Shown here: positions 52,933-64,000 of the stretch, piece after piece
How positions within the stretch are numbered: position 1 is the stretch's first letter
How the letters are laid out: each line of letters starts with the position of its first letter
NCBI GenBank assembly: GCA_951406725.2
Contig: OX597814.1
Coordinates: 62,744,001 to 62,808,000 of the forward strand
Reading direction: 5' to 3'
Origin: Octopus vulgaris
Taxonomy: Eukaryota
Length of the DNA: 64,000 nt
Position numbers and translations under genes: made by a program
Notes under the pieces: generated by a model
Database searches by the model: none
The model's input: the letters and a program-made list of their open reading frames with translations, nothing else
Told to the model about the DNA's origin: nothing

Positions 52933-54914
52933 GGTGCTATGTCTTTTCGTCTGGCGTCACTTCCTCCACGTATTTTCGCCCGACGTCCTTTTGTCCGATG
53001 ATTTCTTTTTGTCCAACGACTTTTTGGCCAATTTTAAATAAACTTTTTAGAAAACAAAGTGAAATATCTCTAATGATATATTCACAAAACTATAACGAGC
53101 CTCGTTATAGGATTGTTATTATCGTTCTTTTTCCTTCTCTGTTAACAGTTTTACTTCTACTTTTTCCTTCTCTCTCTTAACTACGGTGCTGTGTATAGAG
53201 TGTGCTGCAAATTTAGTGTACACATTTTTAATTTAGCCATCCCGAAATGACATAGTTCATAGTATCGGCCAAAACCAAAAGAAAAGTAGTTGATGAGAGT
53301 AATTACATCTACGATGTTCATTCAAGCAATACAAAACTAGGGAAAGAATACTGGAGATATGAGAAAAGAAGGATGTCCTCAGTGCGAATTCATACGGTAA
53401 CGGAAAACAATGAGCCGATAATTATTTATTTTTCTAGTGAGTACCTTCATTCAGCTGATGTAGATTCGTTAAATGTTAGAAAAGCAGTTGCAGAAATAAA
53501 GCATGAAGCGGTGGAAAACATGGTAGCAAGTTCGCGTAGTATAATAGCGGCTAAGTTTACGCAGCTAACAGAAAATACTTACTCACAACTTCCTCGTTTG
53601 CCTGTACTTTCCAGGATTATTCAAAGGTGCCGACAAAAAATTCTGGATTTCCCGCTAATCCAGGGGCTAGAACTCGTTTTGAAATACCTGGAGAATTTGG
53701 TAAAGCTGATAATGGCGAAGTTTCTGAGATACGATTCGGGTATCGAGTATCAACAGCACATACTAATATTTGCATCAGAAAGTGCTCTTCAGAGTATAGC
53801 CTCATATCGTCATTGGGCATGTGATGGAACGTTCAAAATTGTGCCAGAACAGTAGATTCAACTGTTTAGCATCCATGTACAAGTCAAAGGTAGCAGTTTT
53901 CCACAGGTCTTTGCATTACTGCCAAATAAAACAAAGCAGACATATAAATTATTTTTCGAGCAATTGAAAATTATGCAACTTAATGCATATCCACTCGAAC
54001 TCATGGCAGATTTCGAAGTTGCAGTTCATACTTCTTCATTCCCGAATTCATTTATCGTGCCATGTTTGTTTCATTTGAGCCAATCAGTATTTCGAAAAAT
54101 TACAGATTTAGGCTTCAAAGAAAAATACAATAAAGACTCTGAATTCTGTCTTAAAATTCGATGTTTTTCAACATTATCCTTCCTAGTCATTGAAGATGTC
54201 GAAGAGGTTTATGAAGAATTAATAGACGATGAAGAAATACCTGCTGAATTCATCGCTTACTACGACTTGAATTACATAGGCGTTGTGAGAGAACGTGGTG
54301 CTAGACGGAGAAAACCACCTAGATTCTTGATAGCTGTATGGAATGTTAATCAGCGTATTCTTCTAGATCTTCCTAGAACAAATAATACTGCGGAGGAGTT
54401 TCATTCTGCGATAAAGCGTTCGGCGGGTGGAGAACATTTGAATATTTGGAAATTAATCAAAACTCTGAAGGAAGTGGAAGGGTTCGTTCAAGGTAAAATT
54501 ACTCAAGTTCTTTGAGATCCATCAATTTCATGAACACGATATCGAAGAATAACAGAAAATCTCAAAAGATTGTTCATTGAATACGGGTCAACAAGAAAAA
54601 TTGATTTTTTTTAAGAGTGTGGCATATAATTTGCATCAATTTTAAGTGATCATAATAAATCATTAGTTATACCTTATTACTTTTTTAAAATGACATTTTT
54701 AAATACATTTTCCCAGAGTATTTTACTCGAATCCTATCAATAAAATGTTCAATGATTATTTGATTTTCCTGTTCACCTTATTATCTAAAGAATTTATTTA
54801 AAATTGGACAAAAAGTCGTTGGACAAAAAATCATCGGACAAAAAGACGTCGGATGAATAGATGTGGACGAAGTGACGTTGGACAAAGTGACATCGGACTA
54901 AAAGTCGGGTCACA
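52933..54914 (+). mobile_element. complete MULE (Mutator-like) transposon with TIRs and TSD
   Basis: ~110-bp imperfect TIRs containing GTCC(G/A)A repeats; CTTTTCAC duplicated at 52925 and 54915. Confidence 0.9.
53247..54645 (+). pseudogene. FLYWCH-like plus MULE transposase with stops and frameshifts
   Basis: YWRYEKRR..RIHT; WACDGTFKIVP; MADFE; CLFHLSQ; PRTNNTAEEFH. Confidence 0.9.
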
Positions 54915-56347
54915 CTTTTCACAGCTATACCCCGTTCGAAATTTGCATTAGTTTTTGTATGAAAAAAAAAGGAAGGGAGGGGACTTATTTGTAGTATGTA
55001 GAGAAAACGTTAAACGTGCCTGAAAAAAAAACATGGGCTTTCCCCACCAACTAAAAGACATGAAGAAGGCGAATAAATACCGGGGGTGGGGGAAAGAAAA
55101 GAGAACTAACAGTCGATCGTTATAATAAAAACGTAAACACCCGAATGAATTTCCTTCTATTCATTACTGAATGTCTTTCCCACTTCTTCATTGTTAAAAG
55201 TAAAAAAAGCTAGAAAAGATCGATCGTATTTCAATCTAATTGTCATTTTAAATGTCTGAGGCTTTCCTTTCTCTGTCTCTATCGATTCACTCCTTTTTTC
55301 TACGGTTAAGAGAGTGAAGATGCGTGGCTCAGTGGTTAGGGGTATTCTGCCCATGATCGTAAAATCATGAGTACGATTCCCCGTGGCGCGCTGTTTTTGA
55401 GCAAGATACAGATATGTAGGTATATGTTCGTATATGTAAGTATTCGTATGTTGTATTTATATATATATATATATATATATATGTATTTATGTTTCGTTTC
55501 TGTGTATATTCTACTGACGAGGCAAAGCATTCCTAAATGCAAAGTCAGAAATCTGGGATCTAGAATTATCCAGTAATTTTTTATTAGTTTCATCTTGTCT
55601 CTTTGTTTTCTCTCCGTGTTGATATATGGACAATTAAAGTGGTTTTAGAGTCAGATCATGGCTGCTATTTTCAGCATGGTGGTATATATATATATTAAAT
55701 CTTTAATATTTTTAATTATTAAAGTTGTTTTGATTTTTTAAGTTTTGAAATTCGGTTTAAAATCATATTTAGCCTTTTAATTTTTGGTCTTCTCAAAACT
55801 CAGTATTTTATTTTATTTTTATTTTTAACCTCAAAGTTTTTCCTTTCTGTTTACTATCCACTGTTACTAAAGCTTTATCAACCTTCCCATCATAATATAG
55901 CTGCTGTTGATTTTTTTGTCCATTCCATTTACCATTCATTTTTTCTAATACGCTTCACTTCGAATGTGAGGAAGAAGGAATGACCCAATATCAAAGATTT
56001 AAGTTGACCATGTGAGTAAGTGGCTAATATCAAATTCTCTTCCATTAGTCCTTCTTTTCAACTTCTTTTCACCTTGTCGCTTTATCTTCCTTTCTCTCAC
56101 CTTATACTTATTGCCTGTCTTCTCTCCTCTTCTCATGCCTGTATCATTCTTTCAGAGCTCTGCTTGGTTATAACCACAACAGAATGGTGCTGGCAAAAGC
56201 AGCATAAATTCTCCAGATCGTTCAATTTTTCTTACCCTATCAATGGTCTGATTGAGCAAACAAATCAATAACGGACATATAATGAAACAGGTGTAAATCA
56301 TACATATATATGTGTGTGTGTGTGTGTGTGTGTATGTGTGTTTGTGT

Positions 56348-56398
<51 letters not shown>

Positions 56399-56590
56399 CG
56401 CGCGTGTGTTTTTGCGGTTCGCTAACAGAGACTGATAGAATGAGTATCAGGCTTATGAAAAGGGTTGGGGTGGATTCATTCGTCTAAAATTGCACAAGCT
56501 GACGCTCCAGGATTGCCGCAGTTTAATGACTGAAACTAGTAAAAGGAAAAAAAACTATAAAATATATATATGTGTGTGTGTATATATATA

Positions 56591-56649
<59 letters not shown>

Positions 56650-56799
56650 ATTATTATTATATGTAGAAAAATACAAACTGGGACAAGAACGCAAAACACT
56701 TAGAAGACGATACAAAAAACACGGACGGGACATTCGAAGCCCTCAATCTTCAGTCAAGAACCGGATCATCGTAGCAATTTCGGCTGATTAATCTTATAT

Positions 56800-56946
56800 A
56801 CGATGGGCTTATTTCAGTTTCCGTCTGCCAAATCCATAAGGCTTTGATTGGCCCGCGGCTATAGTAGAAGATACTTGCCCAAGATGCCATGCAGTGGGAC
56901 TGAACCCGAAACCATGTGGTCGGTAAGCAAGCTACTTACTACACAG
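56800..56946 (-). mobile_element. SINE family 1 head
   Basis: cagtgggactgaacccgaaaccatgtgg..aagctacttactacacag. Confidence 0.85.
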
Positions 56947-57059
56947 TCAGGTAAATTTATGTATATGTACACAGACATGCAGGAAGTAAATAGACACCTT
57001 TAATGTTCAAAATCTTTTATTAGATATTATTTGGTTGAAGGAGAGGTTTTCTTCTAGCT

Positions 57060-57500
57060 GCTCGTCCATTATAGCCAAGCTTATGCAAATATGTAAACAC
57101 GTTCTTGGACTAACCTCTAGCTGTTTTGAATGTCAGAAGCCTTCGAACGGGGTTCTTTTTCCAAAATTGTCTTCAAAAAGCGAAGCTTCCTTTCCAAGGG
57201 TCCAAGTCAGCCGGGACTAGAATCTGTTGATTCTTTTCCTAGACTTTTGAATTGCACTATAATTCTATTAACAGTAGCAAGAGGAATTTGATAACTTTCG
57301 GCAATTTTTCGCTGGCTAAGATCAGCCTCACATTGCCCAACAATAAGACCTCTTTGAAAATCTGATAGTTCTGCTGAATTTTTTGTGCGTGGCATGGTTA
57401 CTCTTCGCAAATGTTTAATATAATGGCACCAGGAATGAAAAAGAATAATTACATTGTAAATTCTACACCGCTGAAAACATATTAAGATGCTTCGACCAGA
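57060..57500 (-). mobile_element. Tc1 transposase N-terminal fragment
   Basis: [34 protein letters not shown] (paired-like HTH). Confidence 0.85.
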
Positions 57501-57661
57501 AATTTTGAAAATTAAAGCGCTCTATTTACTTCTTGCATGTCTGTGTACATGTGTATGTATGTATGTATGTATGTATGTATGTATGTATGTATGTATGTAT
57601 GTATGTATGTATGTATGTATGTATGTATGTATGTATGTATGTATGCATGTATGTATGTATG

Positions 57662-57707
<46 letters not shown>

Positions 57708-57709
57708 TG

Positions 57710-57750
<41 letters not shown>

Positions 57751-57808
57751 ATATTTCGGAATGGTCATATTGCCAGTTTAGCCAATCTTGCACAACAAAT
57801 ATTTAAAC

Positions 57809-57883
<75 letters not shown>

Positions 57884-58020
57884 CCTTCTCGAGCCATGCC
57901 AGACTCAAGACCATAACGCCTTCGCCCGGTCCAGGAATCGAAACCACAACCATACGATCATGAGTTCAACAGTCTAACCACCAAGCCACGCGCCTCCACA
58001 CACACACACACACACGCACA

Positions 58021-58071
<51 letters not shown>

Positions 58072-58535
58072 ATATAGATATGTATAATTTGCGTTTCGAT
58101 AAAAGAGACCAATAGAATAAGTACTAAGCTTACAAAGAATACGTCGTGGGGTCTATTTGTCTTTTTTTTTATGTTCTGAGTTAAAATTCCAGAGTGGCCG
58201 ACTCTGCTTTAAGCCTTTCAGGGTTGATAAAATGAGTACCAGTTTAACACTGGAGTCAATGTAAAACCGATCTTGCTGACCTCGTGCCAAAATTTGAGAC
58301 CAATGTTTATTTTCAGGTGTTTCTTGTACTGTTGTAAAACACATGTAACATGTAATTAAAAATGTACCAAATCTTCCAGTCTTTGTTTTAATACTTATTT
58401 GCATCTGTTTGTGTATGTATTTATGTCTGTCCCCTATTAAACATTTATGTATGTACCGTTTATCTCTATAGTTTCTTTTGTCTATTTTGTCAGTATACAC
58501 TTATACACACATATATATCTACACATTTTCGATCG

Positions 58536-58628
<93 letters not shown>

Positions 58629-58662
58629 TGTATATATATCTGTTTGTCTCTCTGTCTACTTG

Positions 58663-58716
<54 letters not shown>

Positions 58717-58719
58717 ATA

Positions 58720-59131
58720 GGCGCAGGAGTGGTTGTGTGGTAAGTAGCTTGCTAACCAGCCACATGGTTCCTGGTTCAGTCCCACTGCGTGGCATCTTGG
58801 GCAAGCGTCTTCTGCTATAGCCTCGGGCCGACCAAGGCCTTGTGAGTGGATTTGATAGACGGAAACTGAAAGAAGCCTGTCGTATATATATATATGTATG
58901 TATGTGTGTATGTGTGTGTAATATTTGTGTGTTTGTGTTTGTCCCTCTAGCATTGCTTGACAACCGATGCTGGTGTGTTTACGTCCCCGTCACTTAGCGG
59001 TTCGGCAAAAGAGACCGATAGAATAAGTACTGGGCTTACAAAGAATAAGTCCCGGGGTCGATTTGCTCGACTAAAGGCGGTGCTCCAGCATGGTCACAGT
59101 CAAATGACTGAAACAAGTGAAAGAGAGTAAA

Positions 59132-59133
<2 letters not shown>
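58720..59133 (+). mobile_element. full-length SINE family 1 within (TA)n
   Basis: Near-identical to 11512-11915. Confidence 0.92.
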
Positions 59134-59172
<39 letters not shown>

Positions 59173-59406
59173 CATAGTCTGTTTTTCCGTCCTTGTTTCG
59201 TATACATTCGATGCTTTTTTCCTAGGAATCTAATGCTCTTAGCTTAGTTTGGAGCAATCTCATGATTAATCAGCCGAAATTGCGAGGATGATCCGGTTCT
59301 CGAATGACCCGTCCGTGTTTTTTGTATCATCTATCTGGATGTTTTGTTGTCCCTTTTTGTATCACCTAATTGTGCGGATGTTTTGCGTTCTTGTTCCCTT
59401 TTTTTT

Positions 59407-59495
<89 letters not shown>

Positions 59496-59781
59496 CTATA
59501 CAATATGTTACATTACTCCATATTAAATTCTTCTGTATGTGAGAGTCCTCAACCGATGTTAGGCGATAATCCAAAAAGGCCGTATTAGCTCTTAGTTGAG
59601 AATAACGTCGTCCGGGAGGTGATTTATTGATAAAACGGTAAGATAACAAAAGAAAGAAAGAGACCTCAATATTATGTAAATAGAGGAAATTTAACTATAC
59701 AATATGTTACATTACTCCTGATTTCTTCTATTTACATAATATTGAGGTCTCTTTCTTTCTTTTGTTATCTTACCGTTTTAT

Positions 59782-59819
<38 letters not shown>

Positions 59820-59906
59820 CTATACAATATGTTACATTACTCCATATTTCCTCTATTTACATAATATTGAGGTCTCTTTCTTTCTTTTGTTATCTTACCG
59901 TTTTAT

Positions 59907-59951
<45 letters not shown>

Positions 59952-60088
59952 TCAATAAATGGTGGAGTTGTGTTGACCGCACGTGGAGAAATAATAAGTA
60001 AGGAAAACTTTTTTTAAAAATGCAGAATGCTCAAATGAAAGAAAATTTTAATAAAATGAGAAATTGATAAAATATATAAATATATATT

Positions 60089-60129
60089 TATTCAACCGGT
60101 TTTCGTCATTGTATGACTTGTCAAGAATA
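60089..60129 (-). ncRNA. type I hammerhead-like motif, U3-A8 variant, with one extra A
   Basis: rc TATTC-TTGACAA-GTCAT-ACA-ATGAC-GAAAA-CCGG-TT-GAATA. Confidence 0.65.
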
Positions 60130-60202
60130 TTTATGTTTTAAAAAGCTTTTTTAAAAATTAGAAAGGGGAAAAAAAGAAAATTGCATTGTTTTTTGCAAAA
60201 GA

Positions 60203-60482
60203 ATAATGATAAAAATGTACAAAAATTAAAAAATAAGTACTCCGATACATTGTGAGTTCGTTGTGTATCTTGAGTTTTATGATTGTTCACGAAAAAATTA
60301 CCTTGAGGTATTAAGATCCAAAGGGATTAAGAGCATGTGTTGTGTGGTTTAATTCAGCATGTTGGCAGGACAAATACCTCAAGGTAATTTTTTCGTGAAC
60401 AATCATAAAACTCAAGATACACAACGAACTCACAATGTATCGGAGTACTTATTTTTTAATTTTTGTACATTTTTATCATTAT
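60203..60482. repeat. 110-bp inverted repeat with 60-bp spacer
   Basis: 60203-60312 is the reverse complement of 60373-60482. Confidence 0.92.
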
Positions 60483-60505
60483 ACATACATACATATGTAC
60501 ATACA

Positions 60506-60541
<36 letters not shown>

Positions 60542-60575
60542 TATGTATATATATATATGCATATACCTACCTACC

Positions 60576-60633
<58 letters not shown>

Positions 60634-60729
60634 TTCAGCAAAATTTAGATTCAAATGAATATGGTACTTAAGTTAGATGCACCAGAATTTTGTATGGTGT
60701 TATCCATATAAATCCATGGGTGGTTATAA

Positions 60730-61024
60730 TCAAAATAAGCAACAAGAATAACTTCGATAATTTGGTACGAGCGTTTCACGCTACATCATTTTATTAAATA
60801 TTGTAAGTATTACAACCGTTTTAAAATGCTGAGCACTCATCAGTCATTAATAGAGGTTTTCCATTAATACATATGAAAATTATGTATTAATGGAAGACCT
60901 CTATTAATGGCTGATGAGTGCTCAGCATTTTAAAGCTGTTGTAATACTTACAACATTTAATAAAATGATGTAGCGTGAAGCGCTTGTACCAAATTACCGA
61001 AGTTATTCTTGTTGCTTATTTTGA
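60730..61024. repeat. ~295-bp imperfect palindrome
   Basis: Arms of ~140 bp around a short loop near 60877. Confidence 0.92.
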
Positions 61025-61512
61025 GTTGCTCCTTCGCCATTCTCAAAAATAGCGTTCGTAACACTATCTCGTTCGGCTTAACAGCCCTTCTTGTCTTGTT
61101 ATTCTCCTTGTCCTGTCTTTTACTGTTTATATTTTGTACTGTCGTTACTCTCCTGTTTTTGTTATCATTTTTACCCCTCCGCAAAAAGATCTCAAATTTT
61201 ATTTAATTTGCTTTTCGCGGGAAGAAAAGTTTCTATCGAAGATGCGTATCGCCTTCACCTTCGAAACGCAGAGTAGATGAAACAATGGCGACTGAAGAAG
61301 AGGAATTTTCCTTGTGTTATTTGTCCTGTACTCTATTTTTTCGTTGTTTAAGAAAAATGTCCAGTTCCTTGGTTTTGTGTTTATGTTTTCGTTTCTCATT
61401 GTGTTCGACGTTTTTTTGGTGTCCTGTACCCATATATGCATGTATATATACATGTAGAGGTAAGTACGTACATATATGTATGTATATATATGCATATGTT
61501 TTATTTATTAAT

Positions 61513-61578
<66 letters not shown>

Positions 61579-61904
61579 ATATATATATGTTGGACATGTT
61601 TCTTTGAGTTACTGTCCTGTTACTGTCTCCACTGTCCCCCACCATAAATCAAAATTTTCATTTTGGAATTTATCTGAGCAAGTGTCTTCGAAGATTCATA
61701 TTGTCGTCGAATGCTCGAAATGAGGAGTAGAGAGACAGCCGATAACTAATGAGGGGTCGTTCTTTGTGCTACTTGTCCTGTTTTCCATTTGTTTCTCTCG
61801 TTGTTTGCGTATTGAACTTATTTGTTTTCGTATTTCATATTGTTTACTGTTGGTGACGTCATGTACCCATCTATGTATATATATACATACATACATACAT
61901 ACAT

Positions 61905-61950
<46 letters not shown>

Positions 61951-62160
61951 GTATGTATGCATATATCTACATACTTAGTACTTATATTGTCATTTGATTG
62001 AACGCCATGCATCCATTTCCAACTCACTTGGACCACACTTTTATTTTAACCATTTCCATGCAACTCCACTATATACTGTTTTTTCCCCCATCTTTTTCTC
62101 CTCTTGACTGTTTTCTATCTATTTGTCTATCTGTTTGTCTGTCTGTCTCTGTCTGTCTGT

Positions 62161-62191
<31 letters not shown>

Positions 62192-62685
62192 AACCTCTTT
62201 CTCTTTTTCCCTCTCTCGTTGCTCACATGTGACCATCATCCAACTTTTTTCCTCACGTGATCATCTTTCCTTTCCTTCAGAACTGCCCGAAGGAATGAAC
62301 GTATTCTGTCTCTCTTTTCTATCTTTTCTCTTTTCAAAGGAAAAATTTCTCCAGCGTTCGCTATTTTACCCTGGTCCTGGACTAACGACCCTCCATGTTT
62401 GTTTTGTTCGCTTTCCTTGTATGTCTCCACTGTCCTGGATTTGTTCCCAACTTCGACCCTCCATAAATCCCAAATTTGATTTTGTTACTTATGTGAGCAA
62501 CTGTCTTCGAAGACTCATATTTTTGTTCGATGCTCGAAATGAGGAGTAGATAGTCAGCCGACAACTGATGAAGTTTTGTTCTTTGTGTTACTTGTCCTGT
62601 TTTCCATTTGTTTCTCTCGTTGTTTGCGTATTGAACTCATTTGTTTTCGTATTTCATGTTGTTTACTGTTGGTGACATCCTGTAC

Positions 62686-62769
<84 letters not shown>

Positions 62770-63139
62770 CAGAGTAATTTCCGATCTCAGCGCGCCAAAG
62801 TGAAGGCATTTGAACGATACACAAATATAATTTGTGGAGCTTTATACATGTTGGATTTCGGTCGAGCGCTCTGTATCTAGTTCTAGAAATTGTATTTCGT
62901 AAACGACAGAATACGCTGACGATCTTGCAGATGTTTACGTAAATATTAACAAGTGAAACTAATTAGTACGTAGGTAATAGTTTTTTATTTCGTATATTTT
63001 CATTTGTCTTACTTATTTTTAAACTTTGGTTTTTTGCTGAATTTTTTCTTGAGAAGACATTCTTCGTGGTAAATGATGAGTTTGACGTCTATTTCTAGCA
63101 TACAGGCTGTCCACTATTAGTTGCCATTCCTCTAAATTT

Positions 63140-63197
<58 letters not shown>

Positions 63198-64000
63198 ACT
63201 ATTTTTTTTACTGTGATAAAATTGATAGCGTGGTTTCGATCCTCAATAGTCAAATTTAACTTCAATATCAATTTTATCACAGTAAAACAATAGTTTTACT
63301 GTGACAAAAGAGTGACAGCAGTTACATTTGCCAGATGCCTTCGTCACTTGACACTTCTAATCTCTTCTATTTCACCAAAAGCTCGAATAGAGATAACAGG
63401 TACAACCAACGAAATCTATTGTTCTCAACAATATGTCTCTCCTTCTGACTAGTTTTGGATAGTTATAAAAACAAGAACTCTGTAAGCCAAAGTCCCCTCT
63501 GTGTCATGGCCTGTATGCCGAATAAAAGAAATTAGTGAGATCGACCATCCGTGTGTGTGAATGGACAACTAGGGTCATGGCCACAAGCAGGCAGTCACTA
63601 GAGACCAAACGGCCCGAGGAAAAAAAAGTTACAATCACCGACTATGCAAGACAACTTCCCTCGATTCTCTCACTTTCACTAACTCACTTTCTTTTCTTTG
63701 TAACATTACGATCTCTCTCTATATATATACTACTATGAGATCGTGTACACACCTCAGCCGAAATTAACACTTTTTAATTCGCATGCTTTTCCATTTACTA
63801 ATTATACATACCAACCCGTCGTGGTTTTGGATTTATATAAAGTAACGGTAAATAAAAATTTCTTTACAACTTCAATTATTGTTCATCTTTCATGTCTTAC
63901 TACATACCGTTCCAATAAATCTTTGCTGTTACAAACTGGTGACCCTCGACTTCAACTAAAAGCATTACCATTACCAACTGTTGAGCCTGAGTTAAAGAAT

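Noticed and set aside
52940-53040. Short spaced GTCC repeats, CRISPR-like at a glance
   Set aside because: Subterminal repeats of the MULE TIR; eukaryotic context and no unique spacers

Overview
AT-rich, microsatellite-saturated animal DNA with no recognisable host gene exon. The SINE families and repeat landscape suggest an Octopus/cephalopod intron or intergenic region (inference). Most six-frame ORFs are simple-repeat artefacts. The real content is a layered set of decayed transposons: a permuted-domain (EN-before-RT, Naiad-like) Penelope element, three other Penelope GIY-YIG fragments, R4/Dong-type RLE LINEs next to (TAA)n or (TACA)n, RTE LINE fragments, mariner/Tc1/maT (DD37D) relics, a nearly complete MULE with TIRs and TSD, Helitron pieces and many tRNA-derived SINEs. 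The most notable signal is a set of small non-coding elements anchored in (TA)n tracts that carry minimal hammerhead ribozyme (HHR) motifs. The best example is a retrozyme-like 362-bp unit at 46.7-47.3 kb with a U3-A8 core-variant HHR. Several large inverted duplications cluster at 59-61 kb. All calls were made by eye, without database searches or folding software.
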